IMG/VR virus record: IMGVR_UViG_3300016657_000052
Coordinates: 1-37,804 of that record
Reading direction: 5' to 3' (one strand)
DNA from: a virus
Taxonomy: Duplodnaviria; Caudoviricetes
DNA: 37,804 bases
In this document: positions 27,422-37,150 of the stretch, one piece after another
Numbering within the stretch: position 1 is the first letter of the stretch
Layout: each line of letters begins with the position of its first letter
Notes under the pieces: generated by a model
Told to the model about the DNA's origin: nothing
The model's input: the letters and a program-made list of their open reading frames with translations, nothing else
Databases searched by the model: none
Made by a program: the position numbers and the translations under genes

Positions 27422-28882
27422 TTAACCTTCCTTACGTGCCTTAGCCTTGCTCAGGTCAATAGCGGCCTTTTGTTCGGCAGTGAACCAGAACGGTACGTAT
27501 TCACCCAGACGCATTAGCAGAAGATCCCAAGTAGACAAGAACGGCGGCAGACCTTCTTCGTTTTCCAGAGTGGTCCACCAGCCACGGGTCGCCAGAAGAA
27601 CTTTCCAGTCGTAACCCATTGCTTTCAGATCTTCATACAGTTCTTTCGGCGTACACATTACCGGCTTAGCATCATGCCACAGATACGAGATCTGACACAT
27701 TTCTGAAGTGATGTTCAGAGCACGACGAAGTTCTTCGTTCTCTTCGATCTTAGCGCGGATAGTGGTGCGCCCCAGCTTTACGTCTGGCAACAGGTTCAAT
27801 GCATAGCTGATGTTGCTACCTTCAATACCGTAGTTGCCCATTTCTTTGATATGGTGGAATTCGGTCAACGATGGCAGTACACCTTCAGATTGCGAAACGA
27901 TGATGGTCATGGCCATACCAGATGGACCAGACTTACAACGCAGGTTACGTACCTTCAGCTCGTTCAGGTCGGTATCCAGTTGTAGGTCGTCATCGGCACT
28001 GCGCGGATACATCGGCGTTTTGGTCGCTTGGTTGAGGAACGGCTTAGCGTCGTAGCAATGCCAGCACGAATGTGTGATAAAGGTAAACTTGTCAGTAGTG
28101 CCCTTGATCTTGTCGCCATTCTTCAGGTGCTTCAGTTTCACGATCGGTACTTGGCCAGCCGGGCCAGCATTCTGCATGGTGGTTTCTTTACCAATGTGTG
28201 CGGTCATCATGGCAAAGTTGTAAGCACCACCATTCAAACCAGGCGCATCCATCAGCAGACGTAGCTTAGACAAACCTTGACGCATGTGCATGGTGTTTGC
28301 ACCGCTATCACCCAGTTCGTTCTTGTTGTTCATCTCCTCCACGTCATCCGTTTGGAATTCAGTGAACGAGTCGATCTGACTGAAGGTCGGCAGAATCATC
28401 TTCAGCGGACCAGTCTTTTCACGGTTCCAGAACGGACTGTCTACTTCCCATGCCTTCTGCTTACGCTTGTTCATCAGGAAGTCTTTATGATGCTTGTACC
28501 ATTCGTTACCAGCATACACGGTGCGATCGGTAATCTTCCAGCGGCCAGTTTCGATCAGATCCTCGCCAGCATATTCAGCAATGCGGTTGTAGAAGTTCTT
28601 CAGGTGCCATTCCTGAATGTTAACTTCAGTATCGTAAGTTTCAGCTGCGCATGACTTGTTCATTCGCGACATAGCAGTCAGCGTAAAGAAATGCATCAGC
28701 GTCGATTTAAAGTTGTTACCAATACCAACTACACCAACTACGGCAGCATGACCGCCATTCAGGATATGTTCACCACGTGTGCCTGGCAGAAACTTACCAG
28801 TAATGATGTCAAATCCTGCCCCCACATTAATGGAAATCTTTACCGGCGGAGCCGCGTTTGTATTTGGGTTAATCAGAAGCAT
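27422..28882 (-). CDS. uvsX: UvsX/RecA-like recombination ATPase (phiKZ gp152-like)
   Basis: Walker A variant GIGNNFKST, YDTE, Walker B IDSFT, TAH, and LRCKSGP. The likely start is ATG 28882. Confidence 0.82.
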   Translation of the reverse strand: MLLINPNTNAAPPVKISINVGAGFDIITGKFLPGTRGEHILNGGHAAVVGVVGIGNNFKSTLMHFFTLTAMSRMNKSCAAETYDTEVNIQEWHLKNFYNRIAEYAGEDLIETGRWKITDRTVYAGNEWYKHHKDFLMNKRKQKAWEVDSPFWNREKTGPLKMILPTFSQIDSFTEFQTDDVEEMNNKNELGDSGANTMHMRQGLSKLRLLMDAPGLNGGAYNFAMMTAHIGKETTMQNAGPAGQVPIVKLKHLKNGDKIKGTTDKFTFITHSCWHCYDAKPFLNQATKTPMYPRSADDDLQLDTDLNELKVRNLRCKSGPSGMAMTIIVSQSEGVLPSLTEFHHIKEMGNYGIEGSNISYALNLLPDVKLGRTTIRAKIEENEELRRALNITSEMCQISYLWHDAKPVMCTPKELYEDLKAMGYDWKVLLATRGWWTTLENEEGLPPFLSTWDLLLMRLGEYVPFWFTAEQKAAIDLSKAKARKEG

Positions 28883-29037
28883 TTTTGATCTTTCTCGTAG
28901 TTGTTTCCACACAAGATGTATTACGTTCACAGTATCAGAAAAGGTGGTTTATTTTTATCCATATGACTGGCCGTGTTAACCGATGCATAATCGGACACGT
29001 TAACCCATTTCCTTATCATGCTTACTAGGACTACCAC

Positions 29038-29868
29038 ATGAATAAAGAACTGTATCTGGCCCACCAAGTGGTGGCCATGGAGGCAGATAATGCACTCATC
29101 CCGGCAATGGAGTTGTTTGGTCGTGTAGGCCCTGCTCTGCGTCATGGTTTTAACGACGTGCTGGACAAGCTGAATTCGTTTTTCACACTACAGCGGGCGA
29201 TTCCGCTATCCAATGAGCACAAGAAAGCACGTGACTCTTTGAGTCGCATGAACTACGCCAGTATCCTGGATGTACCCATGCCAGTCCCGGAAGGCTTCAA
29301 AGGTGATCTGGCTGGTTATGCTGACTACCTGAGTTCCTGCCTCGACATCTTGGCCGGTACCAATAAGGCACTGGGTGAAACTGCTAAGGCGCTGGCAGTT
29401 GCGGTTTCCAGCCCTGACCAACCGATGGAGTCCATCACTGCTGATTACATCAAGTCGCTTGCAAAGAGCAAAGATGAAGCAGTTAGTGGTGCCGACCAAT
29501 ATCTGGATGCTCATTCCAGTTCGGCTAGCGTTCCGTTCGGTAAGCTGGTGAAGCGTAACAATGATTGGGCAGAAGTGATCACTTCTGCTGATAAGCTGAA
29601 ACAATCGCTGGCTACGCTGGATAAGAAAGACACTATCACCAAAGCAAATGAAGTTGATCGTTTGCTGGATCGTGTGATTACCCAGCATACCAAGGGCATC
29701 CGCAAAGAAGTTGATTCTCAGTGGATCCGCTCTCTGTCGGAAAGCGTCTATCAACTGGCTGTATTGCTGGAGTTCTATTCGGTTACTTATTACCGCGCAT
29801 TGGCCTACTTGCAATCCGTTGAAGATATCAGCAAAAAGCTGATTGAAATGGGCAAAGAAGACCAATAA
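29038..29868 (+). CDS. Putative internal head / virion protein (phiKZ gp153-like)
   Basis: 276 aa, divergent from uvsX. Has N-terminal A-M-E motifs (prohead-protease-like sites) and VPEGFKG. Confidence 0.65.
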   Translation: MNKELYLAHQVVAMEADNALIPAMELFGRVGPALRHGFNDVLDKLNSFFTLQRAIPLSNEHKKARDSLSRMNYASILDVPMPVPEGFKGDLAGYADYLSSCLDILAGTNKALGETAKALAVAVSSPDQPMESITADYIKSLAKSKDEAVSGADQYLDAHSSSASVPFGKLVKRNNDWAEVITSADKLKQSLATLDKKDTITKANEVDRLLDRVITQHTKGIRKEVDSQWIRSLSESVYQLAVLLEFYSVTYYRALAYLQSVEDISKKLIEMGKEDQ

Positions 29869-29879
29869 AAAAAAGAAGT

Positions 29880-29922
29880 GACATAAAGCTAGGGGACCCG
29901 AAGGCCCCCTAGCTTTTATGCC
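29880..29922. terminator. Bidirectional hairpin terminator, CATA/TATG family
   Basis: gacataAAGCTAGGGG-acc-cgaa-ggc-CCCCTAGCTTttatgcc between convergent genes. Confidence 0.75.
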
Positions 29923-29923
29923 G

Positions 29924-30370
29924 TTAGTTGTAAAACCCCTTAAAGAACTGCCAGCAATTCTCGATAAAGGTTTTCTTATTCGAGAACGCCTGAGATCCAA
30001 CTACGGTCACCTTGCGCATCATGCCGATGATGCATCGCGTGTGGTATTCCAACACTACAGCAGTCAGGTTGCCGCCAGTAACTTCAGCCCGGACCGCAAG
30101 CATTGGATATGGAATCGTTTCACCATTCAGCAGGAAGTGGTTATTCTTCCATTCCAGAATGTAGTAACGGCGATCAACGTCGCTCATCGCCTCGACCAAG
30201 AGAAAGATGGATTCGGTACAGCGCGATTGTCCAAGACCAGGATCATGGTAGGCGTAAGCCAGAATCTCAAATAGCTGCGGCTTATGGTTGTGTTCAGTAA
30301 CACAGTTGAACAACCAACGCGAAGCGGTGGTCGGTACAAGTTTTGCAAATTCAGCATTGAACATGGTCAT
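29924..30370 (-). CDS. Hypothetical protein
   Basis: 148-aa ORF with an AAGGA RBS. Confidence 0.65.
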   Translation of the reverse strand: MTMFNAEFAKLVPTTASRWLFNCVTEHNHKPQLFEILAYAYHDPGLGQSRCTESIFLLVEAMSDVDRRYYILEWKNNHFLLNGETIPYPMLAVRAEVTGGNLTAVVLEYHTRCIIGMMRKVTVVGSQAFSNKKTFIENCWQFFKGFYN

Positions 30371-30388
30371 TTCCTTTATCGACAGTTA

Positions 30389-30700
30389 TTAAATCCATTC
30401 AGCCGTACGGCAATCCTGAATCAGGGTGGCCTTATATTCTTCCTCTGAGAGGTTGGAGTAGAAGTCATGATAATCGGTCAGCTTGATCCGCTCACCTTTC
30501 TCATAAATGGCCTTCCAACGAGCCAGTGTGCCGACAAACACGGTAGCATCGGGCATCATGAGACTGAGCTTCTTGGCATCAGCATCGGCCCGATCGGCAG
30601 TAGTCCAGAAGGACACTTCACTATTTCCTTGCCTGACTTTTATTTCAAATACAGGTAGGAGGTAAGTAGGGTTGTCACGTCTCGATAGCTGATAGCTCAT
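30389..30700 (-). CDS. Hypothetical protein
   Basis: 103-aa ORF with an AAGGA RBS. Confidence 0.65.
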   Translation of the reverse strand: MSYQLSRRDNPTYLLPVFEIKVRQGNSEVSFWTTADRADADAKKLSLMMPDATVFVGTLARWKAIYEKGERIKLTDYHDFYSNLSEEEYKATLIQDCRTAEWI

Positions 30701-30703
30701 TTG

Positions 30704-30904
30704 CTATTCCTTTTTATCGGTAGATTCAATGTAAGAGAGACCGACCAGCATGAACAGTGCATTCGATGCTTGCTGTGCTTGGATGGCAGCTGCCTTCAGC
30801 TCTGTGTATTCAAGCACTGCGCTTTGATCAGTACCAATCAGATCAGAAGCTTGCTTAATAGAACGAATGGCATCTCGCATAAGTGATTCGCTAGAGCGCA
30901 TCAT
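30704..30904 (-). CDS. Small hypothetical protein (66 aa)
   Basis: Restarted at ATG 30904 behind an AAGGAG RBS, which removes the overlap with the upstream ORF. Confidence 0.6.
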   Translation of the reverse strand: MMRSSESLMRDAIRSIKQASDLIGTDQSAVLEYTELKAAAIQAQQASNALFMLVGLSYIESTDKKE

Positions 30905-30914
30905 TTCAACTCCT

Positions 30915-31166
30915 TTATTTACGTCGACCAATTTGTCGATTGGCAGCCACTTGGCGTTTGTTGAGTTCGCTGTTAGCACGTGCAGTATCGGCATCGCCAT
31001 AGCAGTGTGCTTTGTACAGGCGGAACGGATCGCGGTCATCGCCCATGAGTACGTACTCATCACCTTCTATGGCCAGTACGCCATAGAGCCCAGTGCCATA
31101 GCCATGCCCACTAACGATCTTGACGTACTTCTTAACGTCGTTGTAACCTTCTTTACGCGTAGTCAT
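30915..31166 (-). CDS. Small hypothetical protein (~83 aa)
   Basis: MTTRKEGYNDVKKYVKIV... with GAGGA upstream; tiles between its neighbours. Confidence 0.55.
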   Translation of the reverse strand: MTTRKEGYNDVKKYVKIVSGHGYGTGLYGVLAIEGDEYVLMGDDRDPFRLYKAHCYGDADTARANSELNKRQVAANRQIGRRK

Positions 31167-31350
31167 CTTCATTATCCTCATAGGACTGGCATTTAGCGCA
31201 GGTGGTATAACTGATGGCGTACTCGATTCCTTTCTCTTGCGAGAACTCAAGATCAAATTCGTCAAGCAGGGTTTGAAAAACGTCTTCAGTTACTTCTTTG
31301 TCCATAGCAACACAGTTACAGACTTTACACAGTTTGCGATGAGTAAACAT
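31153..31350 (-). CDS. Small putative zinc-binding protein (65 aa)
   Basis: CKVCNC...CAKC; AGAGGA RBS; first gene after a promoter-like motif. Confidence 0.6.
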   Translation of the reverse strand: MFTHRKLCKVCNCVAMDKEVTEDVFQTLLDEFDLEFSQEKGIEYAISYTTCAKCQSYEDNEDDYA

Positions 31351-31393
31351 GATGTATTCCTCTTTGTTAGGAGCGAGGCTTATTCCTCTTAGC

Positions 31394-31424
31394 TCACCAA
31401 TGTAATATGGGTCTGAAATTATTT
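31394..31424 (-). promoter_or_regulatory. Putative early (virion RNAP) promoter
   Basis: Minus strand AAATAATTTCAGACCCATATTACATTGGTGA. CATATTAC is one mismatch from the phiKZ early consensus TATATTAC. Lies between a terminator and a small-gene cluster. Confidence 0.6.
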
Positions 31425-31432
31425 AGGATCAG

Positions 31433-31472
31433 GCATAACTGTCCGGAGACCGAAGTCCCCGGACAGTTATGC
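31433..31472. terminator. Hairpin terminator, CATA/TATG family, overlapping the SbcC stop
   Basis: GCATAACTGTCCGGaGAC-cgaa-GTCcCCGGACAGTTATGC; the loop reads UUCG on the minus strand. Confidence 0.75.
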
Positions 31473-33995
31473 GAAAGTCACATGTTCATTTACAACCACA
31501 TCGCTAGGAAGAGTGATGTTCTTAGGACAAATCACACAGACCTGAGGATTAGACAGCGCTCCGTATTGATGCGGATCGTGACTCACCATGAACAACTGAC
31601 TGAAACCCTCTTGATCCAGCAGAGACTTAATCATGTCAGTAGCATTGGACTTATGTGCCTCGTCCATGGTCTTGGCAAACTCATCAAGAGCCAATGGATA
31701 ACCACCTAATCCCAAGTACTTCATGGCAGTAATACGGTAAGCAAGATTGACTACCTCTTGCATGCCAGCGCTACCTTCACTTACGTCATCTACCGGCTTA
31801 CGGGTTTTCGACTGAATCATCATCGGAAACTTGTAGTCGATGTCATCCTTCATTTCCGTTTTGATTACCAACGGATACGCCCAGATCTTGCGGATCATGG
31901 TGTTCATCTGGCGAATGTACGCATTAATGAACCCCATCAGTCCATCAGCAATCAGACCTTCAGTTGGTGACATGTGTGACACCATCAGTTCCAATAGCTT
32001 CTTGTCCTGTTCCAGACCCTCAATCTTTCGAGTGATATCATCAATGATCCCTTGTTGCATATGTGCATTGGTTACCTTTTCAGTTACCATGGACAAAGCA
32101 ATTTGCGTATCATTGATCTTCTGCCATACTGCGGCATTAAGTTTTGCCAATACCAGTTCAGCTGATGATTGATAACACTCTTGAAGGAGTTGGTCATACT
32201 GGACGGCACCACGTTCGATCATACCTAAACGTGCTAAGTGTGCCCGCAGATCTTGCACCGTCTTGTTCGACACCAGTACATAGCCGTTGTACTCGAAGAT
32301 GAGATTGTGTAGTTTATCAATCCGCTCCTTAAGTTCATCTGCATTGTACGCTTCTGTATCGCGACTAATAGCCACTAAACGATCAATCTCTTTTAGCCGA
32401 TCAGACAGTACTTCATCTTCCACGGCAAGATTGAGGTCATGTTCAATATCGCTTACTTGAATAGCCAAACGTTTAGGTGCACTGCGAATCTCGTCGATTG
32501 GAAACAGTGCCTGCCAAGCGTCACCAAAGTACTGCTGGTTAAGCGTGCGCCCTGCTTGGAACAACCTAATGAACAGATCTGCATAGATACGGTTAGCTTC
32601 GATATCTTCACTGAGTGCTGCCACTTTCTTATCGAGCTGGCTCATGATGTCATCGTTGACTATATCCTGCAATTCCTTCTCGTACTGAGCAATCGTGTTG
32701 CTAGCATCGCTCAGGCTCCAAGAGTGCTCGCAACTTGGGCACACCACAGTACCGTCACGATGCTGACACTTAGCCTGCTCAATGTAGTTACGTAGTACAC
32801 TAGCACGGTTGTTGCGATGCTGAATTTCACTACGTACCCCTTCAAGCTGGCTTTCCAGCCGAATCATTACAGGCTTACCATAAGTGCCTTCAGTGTTAAG
32901 TGGTAACTGATTCAAGACTTCAACCAGTTCATCTTTCACTTGAGCAAAGTTGGCCTGTGCTGCTGCTGCCGAACCTGATAGATACTGACGGATGCTAGTA
33001 CGGAAAGCATTCTCCAGATATTGCTTACGTACCGTGATCTCATCATGCTGGATACCAAGAGATTGTAACGTCTCCTGACCACGCTGCATCAGTAGATCGT
33101 ATTTCTTAGTCAGGTCTTCCAACTCCCGGCTATGTGATTCCACCAGAGCAGTATACTTACTGTACTGTGCCTGATGGTACACGATAGCGTCATCGGTAGT
33201 CTGACGATCCAACTTGATACCCTGTTCACCAGATTCCAATGCCCGCATGATGGGTGATAGCTTTTTATTAAGCTGATCCAACTCACCTAACGATTGCTGC
33301 AATGCATTAGCCGGTACACTAGTCCCGTTGTTGGGCTTAGAGATGCTGAACAGTTTGTTAAGCAACTCCTGTAGCTCAGACTGTCGTAGCTTCAACTCAG
33401 TCAGTTCTTTCTCAGAGACTAGCTTACGGGTTTCTTCTACCAGATACTTCTTCTGTATCTTAATCGCACCAGAAGTGTCACGCAGCCGTTCTTTCAGTTT
33501 ATTGAACACGGCAATGGCAAAGTCGTAACTTACTTCCGACAGCTTAGTAAACCATTCACGACGACGTGCTGGTGACATCGTAGTAAAGTCTTCCTTGCCT
33601 GAGATCAGATCAATGATGTCCTGAGTCAGACCAAACTCTTGCCATACCAGTTCTTTCTGAACCATGCCAGTACCACCTGGGTTCAGTTCTTCGCCATCAT
33701 CTTTAACAAAGCTGTGACGCATAGAGGAACCGGTCTTGGTCGATGTCAGGCAATATGTATGACCATTTTTAGCAACGACGATACGTTTAAAACCACCGTC
33801 GTCAAAATCCGAAGGCTTAGGTGGCATTGGCCATAGCTCAGCTAGCATGGACGATTTGCCACAACCGTTAGTCCCCAAGATTAATTGGAGTCGATCTTTG
33901 GGTTTAAAAGTAAAACCCTTTACGTCATTTAGACGCATCCGGTTATACCCAACCAACTCCAATGAAATAATGTACATCTCCGCCGATGGTATCAT
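31467..33995 (-). CDS. sbcC: SbcC/Rad50-like SMC ATPase (phiKZ gp165-like)
   Basis: Walker A GTNGCGKSS, coiled coils, central zinc hook CPSC, signature SEGSAG, Walker B LALDE, H-loop VSH. Confidence 0.9.
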   Translation of the reverse strand: MIPSAEMYIISLELVGYNRMRLNDVKGFTFKPKDRLQLILGTNGCGKSSMLAELWPMPPKPSDFDDGGFKRIVVAKNGHTYCLTSTKTGSSMRHSFVKDDGEELNPGGTGMVQKELVWQEFGLTQDIIDLISGKEDFTTMSPARRREWFTKLSEVSYDFAIAVFNKLKERLRDTSGAIKIQKKYLVEETRKLVSEKELTELKLRQSELQELLNKLFSISKPNNGTSVPANALQQSLGELDQLNKKLSPIMRALESGEQGIKLDRQTTDDAIVYHQAQYSKYTALVESHSRELEDLTKKYDLLMQRGQETLQSLGIQHDEITVRKQYLENAFRTSIRQYLSGSAAAAQANFAQVKDELVEVLNQLPLNTEGTYGKPVMIRLESQLEGVRSEIQHRNNRASVLRNYIEQAKCQHRDGTVVCPSCEHSWSLSDASNTIAQYEKELQDIVNDDIMSQLDKKVAALSEDIEANRIYADLFIRLFQAGRTLNQQYFGDAWQALFPIDEIRSAPKRLAIQVSDIEHDLNLAVEDEVLSDRLKEIDRLVAISRDTEAYNADELKERIDKLHNLIFEYNGYVLVSNKTVQDLRAHLARLGMIERGAVQYDQLLQECYQSSAELVLAKLNAAVWQKINDTQIALSMVTEKVTNAHMQQGIIDDITRKIEGLEQDKKLLELMVSHMSPTEGLIADGLMGFINAYIRQMNTMIRKIWAYPLVIKTEMKDDIDYKFPMMIQSKTRKPVDDVSEGSAGMQEVVNLAYRITAMKYLGLGGYPLALDEFAKTMDEAHKSNATDMIKSLLDQEGFSQLFMVSHDPHQYGALSNPQVCVICPKNITLPSDVVVNEHVTFA

Positions 33996-34068
33996 TTTTG
34001 CGGGACTCCCTAATTGTTCTCAAAGTATTGATGCCCGCAGTTAGTTTTTACTCTTAAGGAACGAAGTC

Positions 34069-35013
34069 ATGCAGCAAGTTTCCAAAATGAATGCTGTATC
34101 CGTTGGTCATGTGGCCGCTAATAAACCATTGAATTCTGCCAACGTCGAAGTAATCCCCATTGAAGCGATGCCAATCCAAAGTGGTGAACTGGCTGATAAC
34201 GCCTCAGAATACACCGCTAAGGCCACCGATAAGGATGGGGCAGCCTACGAGGCCTCGGCTGTTATGAAGTCCACTGTGGTGGCTGAATGGATCCCTATTG
34301 GGGATTCTAATCGCATGACGCCGCCCGATGTGCGTCGTGGTGAGTTGGTAATGCTCTATCAGTTTGCAGATAGTGACAAGTATTACTGGAACACACTGAA
34401 AAATGATCTAAGTTTCCGTAAACTAGAGACGGTGGTATATGCGTTCAGTGCAACTCCCGATGAAAAGGCCAAGCCTAATCATAACAACTGCTACTTCATC
34501 GAAGTGTCGACACATAAAGGGCGTATCCATATTCACACCACTCAAGCTAATGGTGAGCCGTATGGGTACGATATTCTTTTGAATACCAAAGAAGGTAACT
34601 TCAGTATTACCGATACCATTGGTAACCAGTTCTTAATTGACTCGTCCGAATCACGGATTCTATTAAAGAACGACAAAGGCTCGTTCATCGATCTGGATAA
34701 GTTAATCCTTACCATGCAGACAGGTGACCAGATTAACCTTAATACCAAGGTATACACGCTTAAGTCTGAACAGAGCACCGTACAGACTACTACAAGCACA
34801 CTTACTGCCTCTACCCACAGCGTGACAGCAGAAACCTCAGTGTCAGGCACTCTGTCGCAAGGTGGTGGTAATGGGGCGAAGTTTGCTGGCACTATGGATG
34901 TCGTTGGTAGAATCACGGGCGAAGCAGAAATTCATGCTCGTCTGGTTACTGCTGATGAAATCCATGGCGGTCATGTTACTTCGGATTCTTCGATTACCGC
35001 ACCTAACGTTTAA
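34069..35013 (+). CDS. Baseplate central spike-like protein (phiKZ gp164-like)
   Basis: 314 aa. OB-fold-like N-terminus (AEW...NRMTPPDVRRGE.V), then short beta-strand repeats and a His-containing tip. Confidence 0.7.
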   Translation: MQQVSKMNAVSVGHVAANKPLNSANVEVIPIEAMPIQSGELADNASEYTAKATDKDGAAYEASAVMKSTVVAEWIPIGDSNRMTPPDVRRGELVMLYQFADSDKYYWNTLKNDLSFRKLETVVYAFSATPDEKAKPNHNNCYFIEVSTHKGRIHIHTTQANGEPYGYDILLNTKEGNFSITDTIGNQFLIDSSESRILLKNDKGSFIDLDKLILTMQTGDQINLNTKVYTLKSEQSTVQTTTSTLTASTHSVTAETSVSGTLSQGGGNGAKFAGTMDVVGRITGEAEIHARLVTADEIHGGHVTSDSSITAPNV

Positions 35014-35016
35014 CGT

Positions 35017-35053
35017 CATAAAGCCAGCAGGGTTTCCCCTGCTGGCGATATGC
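35017..35053. terminator. Bidirectional hairpin terminator; inverted near-copy of 17305-17342
   Basis: The reverse complement gcatatcgccagcaggggaaaccctgctggctttatg differs from the 17305 element by a single C. Confidence 0.75.
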
Positions 35054-35058
35054 GGCAA

Positions 35059-35682
35059 TTACGGTTTCTTCGTGTTAAGAATGTAGCGTTCCAGTTGCTC
35101 GTTCTTTGCTTTGAGCAAAGCAACTTGTTGCTCCAGTCGAATCCGTGCAGCGCGATCAGTTTCACGATTAGTGATTTTGGCTTGTCGTGCAGCCAGTAGT
35201 GCACTATGTGAATCGTAATCGATCAACGCATCAGGACTTAACGTCAGCATGTGAATTGCTGCATTCTCCACCCCGAGCGTACCTAATACCAGATCTTGCA
35301 TCTGAGTCTTGAGATAACTCAAATCCATCGACTTCGGAATAGCCGACAAGTTAATTGCCAATGCTACCGTAGTGTATGGGATACCACCACCTTTAGGGAA
35401 GCTCTTAATGTAAGTGCTGGGGACACGGATGATATCGCCAGATGGTGACATCAATGAAACAATGCAGGCCCCAATAGCTACATCAGCCTGATACCGTTCA
35501 GCAGGAATTGCAAAAGGTTCGTCATAGTAACGTTCCTTGGGATTAATTCCCGCTGCGATGATGTCCGACAATTCCCGCACTGCAACACAAGTGTAAGGAA
35601 CGTCAGTTACCATCAAAGTATCAAACGGCGATTCCAGTGTAAAGATACCAGCCGAATTGATATCCGGTATCATGTTGTTCAT
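35059..35682 (-). CDS. Conserved hypothetical / virion-associated protein
   Basis: 207 aa with an AGGAG RBS, G.FTL..PF, YTCVAVR and VPSTYI..P motifs, and a C-terminal coiled coil. Confidence 0.65.
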   Translation of the reverse strand: MNNMIPDINSAGIFTLESPFDTLMVTDVPYTCVAVRELSDIIAAGINPKERYYDEPFAIPAERYQADVAIGACIVSLMSPSGDIIRVPSTYIKSFPKGGGIPYTTVALAINLSAIPKSMDLSYLKTQMQDLVLGTLGVENAAIHMLTLSPDALIDYDSHSALLAARQAKITNRETDRAARIRLEQQVALLKAKNEQLERYILNTKKP

Positions 35683-35700
35683 GCTTATCTCCTATCGCTA

Positions 35701-37026
35701 TCACACCATATTGGATTTGGCTGTTACCAAGTAATGCACATTGTCATAGTTCGCCACAACGTACAGAATGTCGTCGCGTACCAAACGGGTCATGCCAGCT
35801 GGAATGTCGCTGTAACGATCCATCGACTCAGCCACCAATACCATGTTAGAAACCAATTCAGAAAAAGCACGAGTCTTTTCGCTCATGCGGTTAAAGTCTT
35901 GGCTGCTAGTAGATACTGCGATGTAGTCCGGGAAGTAATCAGACAGCAAGAACTTGTCGTCACGGTTCTCTTCACTGGAGCAGGCAAAAATATTCAGTGA
36001 CTTATACGGGAAGTCAAAAGTCGTAGAATGATTAGACCGATGATATGCATTGTAAGACGGAGCATACTGGTCTACCAGTTGTTGCGCGTTTACCAATGTG
36101 TTAATCGGCGAATAGATACCGGCCTGGGTAATGCGTTCAGGAATGGCATAGTTAGACCAATCCGGTACCATAGTGAATTCTGTCCGACGGAAAATGTCAG
36201 GAAGGATTCGTACCCATTCGTCACGAGTATGCGTGCTGTTAGTCAGAATGTATTTCTGCAGCGCGTCTTTAATCGAGTCGATGTTATTACCGGCTTCACC
36301 ATATACCAGAACAATCCAAGGTGACGGCACAATACGCGCAGCATTGATTGGATCATGGTAGTCAAACAGATCAGCCCGCATGTAGGTCTCAGGTTTCGAG
36401 TCCCGTACGATGGCAGCTTTCTGCAGGGTTTGACTGATGTTGATGTTGGTCAGCAAGGTTTGCACCTCACCGCCGGTTTTAAAGAAGTCGTCGATATTGT
36501 CCATCGGGCCCGAGATAGCAATCTCAAATTCGTCGTAGGTATGACGGAAGCTTGTATCCGAAAACCAAATACGAACAAAGGCATCTGTGGGCTTATCGTA
36601 CCATGACAGCCAAGTAGGTGCCCAGTGGGAACCGTCATTAGCCATTGTGCCAGACAGTAGATCGCGAATATCATCCGGGAAAGCCTGAATGAGTTGCATC
36701 ACGATCTGGTCAGCGAACAATTCACCCGAAGTAGTAAGGGTGTTATTATACACCCAGTCAATGATCTTGATAACACGTTCTTTCAGATCACTATCAGGCA
36801 ATACAAACTCACCGCCCTGCTTAGTGAGGAAAGTATTCAGAGTGATATCGGGATGTGCTGCTGAGAAGTATTCTCCGATTTCACGGGAATAGGTCTTGGC
36901 GATTGCAGATAGCTCACCGATGGGATTGGTTACGCCCTGTTGGTTATTTACAAAGAGCGAGTGGGCACCAAACCCTTTGAGGACGTAGACATTAGCTGGA
37001 GCGGCAGTAGGATTCACGGTAGCCAT
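35701..37026 (-). CDS. Virion structural protein (phiKZ gp157-like)
   Basis: 441 aa with YVLKGF, IGELS...TYS, LPDIFRRTEF..VPDW and FPDYIAV....DFNRMS motifs; synteny with the spike and sbcC genes. Confidence 0.68.
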   Translation of the reverse strand: MATVNPTAAPANVYVLKGFGAHSLFVNNQQGVTNPIGELSAIAKTYSREIGEYFSAAHPDITLNTFLTKQGGEFVLPDSDLKERVIKIIDWVYNNTLTTSGELFADQIVMQLIQAFPDDIRDLLSGTMANDGSHWAPTWLSWYDKPTDAFVRIWFSDTSFRHTYDEFEIAISGPMDNIDDFFKTGGEVQTLLTNINISQTLQKAAIVRDSKPETYMRADLFDYHDPINAARIVPSPWIVLVYGEAGNNIDSIKDALQKYILTNSTHTRDEWVRILPDIFRRTEFTMVPDWSNYAIPERITQAGIYSPINTLVNAQQLVDQYAPSYNAYHRSNHSTTFDFPYKSLNIFACSSEENRDDKFLLSDYFPDYIAVSTSSQDFNRMSEKTRAFSELVSNMVLVAESMDRYSDIPAGMTRLVRDDILYVVANYDNVHYLVTAKSNMV

Positions 37027-37150
37027 GGTTTACCTTGGTATCAATGTCAATAAAAAGTAGCGAATAATGCTTGACAATGTAGTTAAGCTCCGCTATACTT
37101 AGTCGTACTTAAGAAGAGATCTATAAAATGTTGTGAGAAGGAAGAAGAAA

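Noticed and set aside
29206-30000. 264-aa minus-strand ORF
   Set aside because: It is antisense to the 276-aa gene and crosses a terminator; a typical shadow frame.
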